This document shows positions 31,421 through 40,788 of a stretch of 64,000 nucleotides of DNA, piece by piece. The notes below the pieces were generated by a model, which was not told the origin of the DNA, searched no databases, and saw nothing but the letters and a program-made list of their open reading frames with translations. Made by a program: the position numbers and the translations under genes. Origin of the DNA: an uncultured Acidobacteriota bacterium (lineage in GTDB: Bacteria > Acidobacteriota > Terriglobia > Acidiferrales > UBA7541); assembly GCA_963797345.1 (NCBI GenBank), contig CAWCPO010000013.1:18830-82829 (forward strand), written 5' to 3'. Each line of letters begins with the position of its first letter. The first letter of the stretch is position 1.

Positions 31421-31480
31421 CGTGGGCGTGAGGACATTCGAACTCCCGACCCCCTGTGTGAATAGCAGGTGGTTACGCGG
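31421..31480 (-). other. degenerate second tRNA-3'-half-like remnant
   Basis: Minus strand ACAGGGGGTCGGGAGTTCGAATGTCCTCACGCCCACGA aligns position-for-position with the Ala core. The T-stem is mispaired and there is no CCA. Confidence 0.3.
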
Positions 31481-31518
31481 GAAAACCTCCGACGGCATCG
31501 CATTGAAATGATAGTGGT

Positions 31519-31677
31519 TGGTGGACGTGGCCGGGATCGAACCGGCGACCCCCTGCTTGCAAACAAGGTGGGGATAAACCACTAAATGCTTTGTCTGGTG
31601 TCGCTTACACGGAAAATCAACGAGATTCTCGCTATCTCAAATGTCCCGAAGTTGTCCCGAGCATTCCGGTATTAGAT
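31519..31677 (-). repeat. att core (b) 31519-31563 plus right arm
   Basis: The core is identical to (a) and (c). The arm has 4 mismatches in 159 nt against 29131-29289. Confidence 0.8.
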
Positions 31678-32029
31678 TTCGAGCTTCCGTCCGAAAAACC
31701 ATCAATTGGACCGAATGGACCGAAACTCGAATCTGAGCCGTTGTTGGAAATAGCTGTACCTGCTTGATTCAAGATGAGCGGTCTGAGACATAGGACCAGA
31801 GATAAGTGGCGCGCCCAAGGGGACGATTTTAGAACTTTTCTCGGCGAATTGATGGCAGCCTTGCCACACATTGAATTTCCCGCTGGACTGAGCCTGTAGC
31901 CTGTTTGAGGCCCCCGAGGGCACTTTTCCCGTGATCTGACCTTCCAGGAGTCACGCAAGACCGCTGATGGGAATCACACACTTAACTTCTAATAGACGCC
32001 AAAAATGAAAAAAACCACAAGTACTAGCG

Positions 32030-32950
32030 CTATGTTTGGCTGTTGTATTCGGGCGGTCCATCCAACTGAAAGAACGGCTCTTTTTTAGTGGGTATCCACC
32101 GTCCGTATTGGCGGCAAATCTTGGTTTCGTGTTCAACTCCGGGTATAAAAATATCTTCGTATTTAAGGATGCCGCACAACCACAGAGATTTCGTTTGGTT
32201 CCGAAGAACGGCGTCCCAATCCTCGCGTCCCATAATGCCCCCGTTGTTTTTCAGTTCGGCAACTTGAGGCAGCGGGTCACCTTGCGGAATTATTTGTGGT
32301 GCGAGTATCTCAGAAATGCTGTAAACGCTGTGATCGGGCGCTTGATTCAGGCTTGTTATATAGAGTCCGAATCGAAAAGCCGTCAGCTTTCCCACGGTTT
32401 TACCGAAGTTTTTGAAGCTGAAAAAAGCAAAGATTCTTTGCGGAATCTCCGGGGAAACGCAATGTATTTCTATCGGGATCGCGTCGTCAAACAAAAACCA
32501 AGCTCGTTCGCTGTTTATTATGGCTTGAGCATTCAAGAGGGCTGCGTCTGCTGTGATCTTTTGGAGGGGCAGGCTGTCACGCATCGCCTTCGTGGCTTCG
32601 GCGGTTTTTTCAGCCTGATACCAAATAACCCCCAAAGTACAAATCAGAGCAAGAGCCTGTGCGATACCGACATAGACGAGCCACCATTCGGCCTTTACGG
32701 TTTTATTTTTATCGGCTGTTTCTTGTTGGAGATCGGCGGCGCGTTCTTGTTCGTTTTTGGTTATCGCGGCCAACATCACGTTAAGCGCCGCGTCCTCGGC
32801 GGCTTTTTGGTTGTTATCGCAATTTGTGGTGAATTGAGCGTTGGCACGGCTCTCTTTTTTGGCGACCCCTGCGCGTGGTGGCCCAGAGCTTTGAGAGACA
32901 GATACGATCCACATACCCACAGTCAGGGCTGCGAGGGCAATCTGCTTCAT
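32030..32950 (-). CDS. hypothetical membrane protein (signal/anchor, second TM, 190-aa C-terminal domain)
   Basis: 306 aa. MKQIALAALTVGMWIVSV leader and a WWLVYVGIAQALALICTLGVIWY TM. No family recognised. Confidence 0.6.
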   Translation of the reverse strand: MKQIALAALTVGMWIVSVSQSSGPPRAGVAKKESRANAQFTTNCDNNQKAAEDAALNVMLAAITKNEQERAADLQQETADKNKTVKAEWWLVYVGIAQALALICTLGVIWYQAEKTAEATKAMRDSLPLQKITADAALLNAQAIINSERAWFLFDDAIPIEIHCVSPEIPQRIFAFFSFKNFGKTVGKLTAFRFGLYITSLNQAPDHSVYSISEILAPQIIPQGDPLPQVAELKNNGGIMGREDWDAVLRNQTKSLWLCGILKYEDIFIPGVEHETKICRQYGRWIPTKKEPFFQLDGPPEYNSQT

Positions 32951-33250
32951 AGCGGTGACTATACTACCGTTACCGTACTCTTAAACGGCGCGGAAAAAGG
33001 GATGGTATATAATCCGCTAATCCTTCGCGGAGGGAGCAGATGCGGAACGTCCTGCGAGTCGTTTGGTACACCTTTTTATCACTGCTATCGCTCATCCAAT
33101 CGGTTCATTGCAGGAGATACGGGCCAAACTACATGGCAAACACAAAGCAGGGCAGAATATTTTTAGCAAGCACACGATTTCTAAGGACAAGGGCTACGCC
33201 TGGAACGATTGGCACTACACCAATGATTTCATGAAGAAGGCGAGAGAAGC

Positions 33251-33481
33251 GTGATCAAATCGGCACAAAATTATCCCATTTCCAGCGTCCTCGACACCGA
33301 GGCCAAGGTCAGGTTTGTTGTGCCCAAGTACCAGAGGGAATACATCTGGAGAAAAACGCACTGGGAGGACCTCTTTGACGACGTCCAAGCTAATCCGGAA
33401 GGACATTTCCTGGGTTCCATCATTTGCATCAATCGCGCCGAGGACGCGTACAAGGTGGTTCGAGTCCGCAGGCGGGAGTGA
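33251..33481 (+). pseudogene. N-terminal fragment of a DUF262 (GmrSD-type) protein
   Basis: FVVPKYQREYIWRKTHWEDLFDD...GHFLGSIICI is the DUF262 N-terminal signature. The ORF ends after 76 aa, whereas full-length members are several hundred aa. Confidence 0.6.
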
Positions 33482-34959
33482 TGGTTCGGGAGACGCTCAA
33501 TGCTGGCTCCACGAATGCGTATGTATTTTACGACAACAATATCCTTTTCTATGACCGTCCGAGCACGGGGGCCGGCACCTCAAACCTGGGGACTATATCC
33601 GAGACACTCCCTTACTGGGTGAAGCTGGTGCGGAGCGGGAACAGTTTCAGTGGATATACGTCTCCAGACGGGGTGAACTGGACGCAAGTTGGGTCCACAC
33701 AAACGGTCACAATGGCGCAGAACGTAAGCATCGGCTTTGCTGTGAGCAGCGCGAACAACGCGAGTATTGCCGCCGCCACTTTCGACTCCGTTTCAGTCAC
33801 GTCCACACTTGCACCGCCGGTTGTCACAAGTCTCTCTCCTATGAGTGGCATTGCGGGCATTTCCGTAACGATTGCCGGGTCCAACTTTGGGGCGATGCAA
33901 GGGAATAATGGCGTGCAATTCAACGGGGTGACGGCAGCCGTTTTGAGTTGGAGTGACACGAGCATCGTAGCGACCGTTCCCAACCCGGCCACGACTGGAC
34001 CCGTGGTGGTTATTGTGAATGGGCAAAGCAGCAACGGAGTGATATTTACCGCTCTCACGACCGGCACTCTTTCCGGGGCGATCACCGCATCTGGGTCTGG
34101 CACGGCTATCAGCGGGGCCCAGATTCAAGCCACGCAATTGGGTGAGATAAAGGCCACAACTCAGTCGGACAGTAACGGCAACTATGCGTTCTCGAACCTC
34201 AATGCCGGCACGTACGATATTCAGGTCTCGGCCGCTGGATTCGGAACTTCACTCAATAGTGCCGTCTCTGTTCCTGTGGGTATGACGACAACTCTGAATG
34301 TCAGTCTGTCCCCGCCCGGCACAATCTCCGGAACCGTGACTCGGGCGGATGGAGTAACGCCGATTCCCGGAGCAATCGTACAGGCGTTTGTCGGTGAAAT
34401 TTCGGCGGCTCCAGTCACCACGGATTCGAACGGGAACTACAGCATCGCAGGCTTGAATGCCGGGACCTATAGGGTCCAAGCCTTGGCCAACGGCTATGTG
34501 GCCTCGACTCAAACGGAGTCGGTGACCGGGAATTCCACGACGACAGCGAACTTCTCACTCCAAACGCAAGGGACAGGGACAATCAGCTACGTCTACGACG
34601 CGCTTGGGCGATTAGTGGGAGTTATCAATCCGAACGGCGACACGGTCGTATATAACTACGATGCCGTGGGAAACTTGGCATCAATCTCTCGGCAAAGTTC
34701 CGCCCAGCTTTCCATCATCACCTTTACGCCCTCCAGTGGCATTGTTGGATCTGCCGTAACAATCTACGGAACGGGCTTCAGCAGCACGACAAGTCAGAAC
34801 ACAGTGAATTTTAACGGTACTGCCGCCACTGTTCAGTCAGCGACTACAACCCAGTTAGTGGTGACGGTGCCCACGGGGGCGACAACAGGCCCCATCAGTG
34901 TTACCACTCCCGCAGGATCGGTAACTAGCAGCGCTTCATTCACCGTACAGACCCAGTGA
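33424..34959 (+). CDS. 5'-truncated surface-type protein: partial lectin/LamG-like domain, IPT/TIG, three CarboxypepD_reg-like domains, one YD repeat, IPT/TIG
   Basis: Begins mid-domain (GVMVRETLNAGSTNAYVF...NSFSGYTSPDGVNWTQVG) with no signal peptide. Repeated SDSNGNY.F.NLNAGTY modules. YVYDALGRLVGVINPNGDTVVYNYDAVGNL. Confidence 0.65.
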   Translation: MHQSRRGRVQGGSSPQAGVMVRETLNAGSTNAYVFYDNNILFYDRPSTGAGTSNLGTISETLPYWVKLVRSGNSFSGYTSPDGVNWTQVGSTQTVTMAQNVSIGFAVSSANNASIAAATFDSVSVTSTLAPPVVTSLSPMSGIAGISVTIAGSNFGAMQGNNGVQFNGVTAAVLSWSDTSIVATVPNPATTGPVVVIVNGQSSNGVIFTALTTGTLSGAITASGSGTAISGAQIQATQLGEIKATTQSDSNGNYAFSNLNAGTYDIQVSAAGFGTSLNSAVSVPVGMTTTLNVSLSPPGTISGTVTRADGVTPIPGAIVQAFVGEISAAPVTTDSNGNYSIAGLNAGTYRVQALANGYVASTQTESVTGNSTTTANFSLQTQGTGTISYVYDALGRLVGVINPNGDTVVYNYDAVGNLASISRQSSAQLSIITFTPSSGIVGSAVTIYGTGFSSTTSQNTVNFNGTAATVQSATTTQLVVTVPTGATTGPISVTTPAGSVTSSASFTVQTQ

Positions 34960-34976
34960 AAGGAACGGAGACAGCG

Positions 34977-37900
34977 ATGAAGCACCGCCGGCATTCTGAC
35001 TCACTCTTGGCTGTGGGGCTGATTTTGAGCTTGGGGATGCTCTTATGCCCGGCCTCATCCCCAGGGAAAACAAGATCGCTTCGCCCCAGAAAGGCCCAGG
35101 CCAATCTCTCTTCTCTTATTCTCGCCGGCCAAACGGCGACACTTCTTCCCAACGGCGAGTGGCTGTTGGTTGGTGGCGAAGGGCCACAGGGCCCTGTGGC
35201 AACGGCGGCGATTCGTGATCCACAGACAGGTGCGGCGACGGTACTCCCTAGTGGACTCCATCAGCCTCGCGCGTGGCATACAGCCACAGTACTACCGAAT
35301 GGGACGATTCTAATTTTCGGCGGCGTGGGCGCAAACGGCTCCGTGCAAACGATTCCTGAACTTTTTGACCCGATGACACAAAAGTTTGCAAGTCTGCCGC
35401 CCATGGGATTGACTCCACGTGCCTATCACACAGCCACGCTTCTCACGGATGGCCGGGTGCTTATTGTCGGCGGAATTTCGGACAGCGGGGAAACGCTGGG
35501 ATCAATTGAGGCGTGGAACTTTCAAACGAACACCGCCGCGAATTTGCCTCCGGGTCTCCTCGTACCTCGCAGGGGGCACACGGCAACACTGCTCGCAGAC
35601 GGGACGGTCCTCCTCTGGGGAGGATACGGTGCCACTGGTGCCGAGCTGAATTTCGGCGAAGTATTCGACCCCGTGACACAGCGCACGACAATGGAGACTG
35701 CCACTGCGTCAACACAGAACACTCAACCGCCTCAACTCGAAGCATCGTTGCCGCCAGATGGGGCAACAAATGTATCCGTAAACACGCTCATTGCGTTGCG
35801 CTTCTCGAAGCCTCTTGCCGTCGTAACCGTAAATACTCAGACCGTTGTTCTGTCTGGCCCGCAGGGACCCGTGGACGCCCAGGTGGTTCCTGCGGAAGGC
35901 GGGATGCTGGCGTTTATCACTCCCGATGCTGTCATGGTTCCCGGCACAACCTATACGATTGCGCTGTCCGGTCTCACCGATGGCGCCAATGCGCTGAATG
36001 ATGCGGCCATCTCATTTACGACGGCCGGTACGCCTCCTGCTGACACGGGAGCCGTTCCCGGAACAGCGTCAGGGGCGGACCCGGATGACACCGGGAGCCA
36101 GTCATTCAATTCTCCGTGGCGAAAGATGCCACCGCTGGAAGCCCCGCCAGGTGTGACTGCAATTTCAGGGCAAGCTCTTCGATTGAATGGTCAGCCACTC
36201 GAAAATGTGACTCTTTCAATTGGAGGCCAATCGGCAACAACGGATGATACGGGCCGATTCCTGCTTGCGAACATTGGTTCAGGCCATCAGGTGATGCTCA
36301 TTGATGGCAGCACCGCTGACAAGGGCGACAGAACCTATGGATTATTTGAAGATGGCGTGAATATCGTCGCGGGGCAAACGTACACCTTGCCCTATACGAT
36401 TTGGATGACAAGGATCGACACGCAAGATGCGGTGACGATTCCCTCGCCCACAGTGGCGCAAGACACGGTGATCACGACGCCGCGGCTGCCGGGGCTCGAA
36501 CTACACCTGGCCGCCAACACCGTGATTTACGATCACCAGTGGAACGTGGCTCGCACAATCAGCATCACGCCGGTTCCGCTCGACAAGCCCCCATTCCCAT
36601 TGCCCCAAGGCGTCCAGGTTCCGATCTATTTCACGATTCAGCCGGGCGGCGGTTACATACAGGTGGGCGGGACTGGTAATTCGTACACGGGAGCAAGGCT
36701 GTTCTACCCGAACACGTATCAAGAAAAACCGGGAACGATCTTTGATTTCTGGAATTACGACGCGAAGCAGAAAGGGTGGTACGTCTATGGCGAAGGCAAA
36801 GTCAGCCAAGACGGACTCAGCGTAGTCCCGAACCCTGGCGTCGAGATATATGAGTTCACTGGAGCAATGGTCGGGGGTCCGTCCGCTGCCAAGGCAATCG
36901 GTCCACCGGCGCCTTCGCCACCGCACGGCGGAGAACCGGTCGACTTATCATCAGGCCTCTTCACGTACAACAAGACCGATATGGTGTTGCCGGATGTTAT
37001 TCCTCTGGTGGTGCAGCGAACTTATACGACGAACGATGGGCTGTCACGGTCATTCGGCATCGGGGCGATGCAGGATTACGACATGTTTATGGTCGGAGAT
37101 ACCTTCCCGTACACCTATCAGGAATTGTGCCTTCCGGATGGATCGAGGATTCATTTTTATCGTATATCGTCGGGCACAAGTTATTCCGATGCCGTGTACG
37201 CTCATACCTCCACGAATACGAAATGGTATGGCGCCACACTGACCTATAATGCCGGCGCGGTTTTCGCCGCTACCAATTGGGTTCTTACCACGCGCGATGG
37301 GACGAGCTATTACTTCCCGGATGGGCTTGGACAAACCAACCCCGGCAAAATGGCTTTGCTCGGCATTCGCGACCGCTATGGCAATACGGTTGCGATTAAC
37401 CGCGATTCGAATGGAAACATCACCTCTCTTGTTTCGCCGAACAGACGCACGATCGCGTTCTTTCATGATTCGAGCAACCGCATCACTCAGGCGCTGGACA
37501 ATACCGGCCGTACTGTCAGTTATACCTACGATTCGAGTGGACGGCTTTCGACCGTCACGGACGCGAACGGCGGCGTCACCACCTACACGTACGATTCCAA
37601 CAACAACATGCTGACGATCAAGGACGCTCGCGGGATCACCTACCTCACGAACCAGTACGACAGCAACGGTCGAGTGATTACGCAGACGCTCGCCGACGAA
37701 AGCACGTATCAATTTGCGTGGACGCCCGCAACAAGCACGGTGCTAACCAGTTTTGTCGATGGAAATCAGCCCACGGGCGGTTCGTCGGCGGCTGTCCTGA
37801 GCTTTCGCTCCTGCGCCACTTGCTCGGAAGGATACCTGCCTCTGATTTCGCAGGTGAATGTCACCGATCCGCGCGGGATCGTCCGGCAAGTGCAGTTCGG

Positions 37901-40376
37901 GCCGGCCGGGCAGATGACGAGCGATACGTATGCGCTGGGCAAGCCCGAGCAGCAGACATTCACTTACGCCTATTACGCCGATAATCTCCTCCAATCGGTG
38001 ACGGATCAGCTCGGGCGCACCACGAACTATTCCTACGACGCAAACGGAAATGCGACGAGCATCAACCGGACGGCCGGAAGCTTGTCGGCAACCACCTCGT
38101 TCAGTTACGACCCGGCGTTCAGCCAGCTTACGAGTTTGACCGACCCCCTGAATAACACGACCTCCTTTGCAATCGACGGCAGCGGAAACACGACAGGCAT
38201 TACGGACCCGCTGGGCCATCAGACGACGTTCACTTTCGATTCCGAAGGGCGGCCCTTGACGGCCACGGACCCGCTCAGCCATTCCACCCACTTTGCTTAC
38301 GACCCAAGCAGCGATCTCGTATCCATCACCGACCCGCTCAGCCGCACCACGTCTCGTTCGTTCGATCCCGTTGGCCGGCTCATCAGTGTGGCGAATCCGC
38401 TGAGCCAGAAGACGCAGTATGCCTATGATCCCTTGAATCAGGTTACCCAGGTGACGGACGCGCTCGGGAATGCGACGTCATTCGCCTATGACCCCAACGG
38501 CAACCTCACGGGCGTGACGGATGCCAATAGCCACGCGACGAGCTATACGTACGATTCGATGGATCGGCTCGCCACCCGCGCCGACCCGCTCAGCCGCGGC
38601 GAGAGTTATCAGTACGATGGCAACGGCAATCTGACCCAATTCACGGACCGCCGTGGCGAGGCCACAACCTACACCTACGACAATCTGGACCGCCGCGCTT
38701 TCGCAGGATTCAACACGCAGGCGGGGCCGAGCTACGAAAGCACGATCAGCTACACCTACGACGTAGGCAACCGGCTGACGCAAGCCGTGGATTCGATCAC
38801 CGGGACGATCGCGCGCGTGTATGACGGCCTCGATCGGCTGACTTCGGAAACCACGCCGCAGGGCGGCGTCAGCTACGGCTACGACATTGCCAGCCGCAGA
38901 ACCAGCATGACCGTCGCGGGCCAGCCGGCCGTGAATTATTCATACGACAACGCGAGCCGGTTGACGCAGATCGCGCAGGGCGCATCGGCGGTATCCTTTG
39001 TGTACGATTCGGCCAGCCGGCGCACGTCGCTGACTCTGCCGAATGGCGTGGCCATGAGCTACAGCTACGACAACGCGTCGCAACTCACCGGCATCAATTA
39101 CACCCTCGGCCAGAACTCGCTCGGGAATTTAGCATATACCTATGATCTCGCCGGTCGGCGGACGAGTGAGGGCGGGAGCTACGCAGCGGCCAATCTGCCG
39201 CAGCCTGTCTCCCTCACGGCGTACGACGCCGCAAACGAGTTGACGGAGTGGGGCGCGGCCACACCGGTGTACGACGCGAATGGGAACACGCTCAGCGACG
39301 GAACGAATAGCTACGCCTGGAACGGGCGCAATCAGCTCGCGTCAATGAATTCGAGTGCGGAAAGCTTCCAGTACGATCCCCTCGGCCGGCGCGTGGCGAA
39401 GACTGTCCTATTTGGCACGACGAATTACCTCTACGACGGCGCAAACCCCGTCCAGGAACTCGCAGGCACGACGCCTACGGCAAACTTGCTGACTGGCCTG
39501 GGAATCGACGAACGCTTTACCAGAACAGATTCGAGCGCGACGGCGAATTTCCTCACCGATGCGCTTGGCAGCACTTTGGCGCTGACGGACCCAAGCGGCA
39601 ACACCCTCGCCTCCTACACCTACGAGCCTTTCGGCAACACGACTGTCACTGGCAGTTCTGCAAGCACCTACCAATTCACCGGACGAGAAAACGACGGCAC
39701 TGGCGTGTACTTCTACAGGGCTCGTTACTATTCGCCGACATTGCAGAGGTTCATGAGCGAAGACCCCTTAGGCATGCAGGGCAGCGGACCTAATCTTTAT
39801 GCATACGCTGGCAATAACCCTATCAATTGGACCGATCCAGGGGGCATGGTGTCGCCCTTCACCTTCTATCGCCGCCCCCCTAACCCTCTCCCCGGCAGAA
39901 AGGACAATGGGTCGCCAGGTCTGGGAAGACAGATCTTTGGGTACCTCTGGAATAACTTGACGAATGGTTGCGGCAAGAGCCTGCAGAATATCTGCCAAGG
40001 TGGTATTCCTCCCGCTCCATTCGAATTGGCCGCTGGTGCTGAGGCCGCGGCGGAAGGGCTTGCTGAAGGATCGAGCGCGGCAGCTCCTGATTTCCTTGGG
40101 CAAGAGAGCGGACCATCAATCCCAGTACCCGAGGGCGCAGCTGGGCCGTATCCTACCGATAACCTCGCCGGAATTCAATATAATGACGGGTCGGGTGGAA
40201 ATGGGCTGGCAGGCAATGTCACGGATGTGAGGGTGATGGATTCGACTGCGGACTATCCGAACGGGTACGTGAACTACGGAAGCCAACAGGCAAACGGCGG
40301 ATGGCAAAGCGTGAATCCCTATACAGGCCAGTCAGTGCCGCCGAGCAGTCCTTGGTGGCACATATCGCCTAAGTGA
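34977..40376 (+). CDS. Rhs/YD-repeat polymorphic toxin with Sec signal, Kelch repeats, an Ig-like domain, the Rhs shell, and a 175-aa C-terminal toxin (39849..40373)
   Basis: ATG at 34977 after GGAACGGAG. MKHRRHSDSLLAVGLILSLGMLLCPASS leader. At least 4 Kelch-like LxDGxVLxxGG units. GEPVDLSSGLFTY plug. Dozens of YD repeats. YRARYYSPTLQRFMSEDP...NPINWTDPGGM demarcation motif. Confidence 0.95.
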   Translation: MKHRRHSDSLLAVGLILSLGMLLCPASSPGKTRSLRPRKAQANLSSLILAGQTATLLPNGEWLLVGGEGPQGPVATAAIRDPQTGAATVLPSGLHQPRAWHTATVLPNGTILIFGGVGANGSVQTIPELFDPMTQKFASLPPMGLTPRAYHTATLLTDGRVLIVGGISDSGETLGSIEAWNFQTNTAANLPPGLLVPRRGHTATLLADGTVLLWGGYGATGAELNFGEVFDPVTQRTTMETATASTQNTQPPQLEASLPPDGATNVSVNTLIALRFSKPLAVVTVNTQTVVLSGPQGPVDAQVVPAEGGMLAFITPDAVMVPGTTYTIALSGLTDGANALNDAAISFTTAGTPPADTGAVPGTASGADPDDTGSQSFNSPWRKMPPLEAPPGVTAISGQALRLNGQPLENVTLSIGGQSATTDDTGRFLLANIGSGHQVMLIDGSTADKGDRTYGLFEDGVNIVAGQTYTLPYTIWMTRIDTQDAVTIPSPTVAQDTVITTPRLPGLELHLAANTVIYDHQWNVARTISITPVPLDKPPFPLPQGVQVPIYFTIQPGGGYIQVGGTGNSYTGARLFYPNTYQEKPGTIFDFWNYDAKQKGWYVYGEGKVSQDGLSVVPNPGVEIYEFTGAMVGGPSAAKAIGPPAPSPPHGGEPVDLSSGLFTYNKTDMVLPDVIPLVVQRTYTTNDGLSRSFGIGAMQDYDMFMVGDTFPYTYQELCLPDGSRIHFYRISSGTSYSDAVYAHTSTNTKWYGATLTYNAGAVFAATNWVLTTRDGTSYYFPDGLGQTNPGKMALLGIRDRYGNTVAINRDSNGNITSLVSPNRRTIAFFHDSSNRITQALDNTGRTVSYTYDSSGRLSTVTDANGGVTTYTYDSNNNMLTIKDARGITYLTNQYDSNGRVITQTLADESTYQFAWTPATSTVLTSFVDGNQPTGGSSAAVLSFRSCATCSEGYLPLISQVNVTDPRGIVRQVQFGPAGQMTSDTYALGKPEQQTFTYAYYADNLLQSVTDQLGRTTNYSYDANGNATSINRTAGSLSATTSFSYDPAFSQLTSLTDPLNNTTSFAIDGSGNTTGITDPLGHQTTFTFDSEGRPLTATDPLSHSTHFAYDPSSDLVSITDPLSRTTSRSFDPVGRLISVANPLSQKTQYAYDPLNQVTQVTDALGNATSFAYDPNGNLTGVTDANSHATSYTYDSMDRLATRADPLSRGESYQYDGNGNLTQFTDRRGEATTYTYDNLDRRAFAGFNTQAGPSYESTISYTYDVGNRLTQAVDSITGTIARVYDGLDRLTSETTPQGGVSYGYDIASRRTSMTVAGQPAVNYSYDNASRLTQIAQGASAVSFVYDSASRRTSLTLPNGVAMSYSYDNASQLTGINYTLGQNSLGNLAYTYDLAGRRTSEGGSYAAANLPQPVSLTAYDAANELTEWGAATPVYDANGNTLSDGTNSYAWNGRNQLASMNSSAESFQYDPLGRRVAKTVLFGTTNYLYDGANPVQELAGTTPTANLLTGLGIDERFTRTDSSATANFLTDALGSTLALTDPSGNTLASYTYEPFGNTTVTGSSASTYQFTGRENDGTGVYFYRARYYSPTLQRFMSEDPLGMQGSGPNLYAYAGNNPINWTDPGGMVSPFTFYRRPPNPLPGRKDNGSPGLGRQIFGYLWNNLTNGCGKSLQNICQGGIPPAPFELAAGAEAAAEGLAEGSSAAAPDFLGQESGPSIPVPEGAAGPYPTDNLAGIQYNDGSGGNGLAGNVTDVRVMDSTADYPNGYVNYGSQQANGGWQSVNPYTGQSVPPSSPWWHISPK

Positions 40377-40395
40377 ATCTGCTGAAGATGATAAT

Positions 40396-40770
40396 ATGAC
40401 ACCTAACGAGATGAGTGTGAACGAGGGTGAAGCACTCTTGCGAACTATCTGCGGCGCTCGCCTCACGTCGGTGCAGTTCGTGCTCGATTACTTGATCCTG
40501 GGGTTTGATGAAGCCGGGGCGCTCACGACTCTTGTTTGGCCTGAAATCCAAGATGGCGAGGGCGTATTCAAATTTGGAATGAGCGGCTACAGAGACCGTT
40601 TGTGCGGACTAATTACGGAAGTTGTCAAGACTGTGGAGCTTACGGAGGACGAGACGATTTTCATCACATTCGAGAATAGGAGCTTTATGCGAATACCGCT
40701 TCGGGATCGTAAGGTTCGCGGCGAAAGGGCAATCTTCACCGCCCCCAAGCATCATCTCTACGCCTGGTAG
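40396..40770 (+). CDS. candidate cognate immunity protein (soluble, 124 aa)
   Basis: Starts 20 nt after the Rhs stop and immediately precedes the next cassette. No family recognised. Confidence 0.55.
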   Translation: MTPNEMSVNEGEALLRTICGARLTSVQFVLDYLILGFDEAGALTTLVWPEIQDGEGVFKFGMSGYRDRLCGLITEVVKTVELTEDETIFITFENRSFMRIPLRDRKVRGERAIFTAPKHHLYAW

Positions 40771-40788
40771 AAGTTCACCCCACTCGGA

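Larger units (their letters stand above)
29131..31563. mobile_element. E_a: integrase-less mini-island bounded by direct copies of the tRNA-Ala half core
   Basis: Cores at 29131-29175 and 31519-31563. Its right arm is shared with E_b. Cargo is two genes, with no recombinase. Confidence 0.6.
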
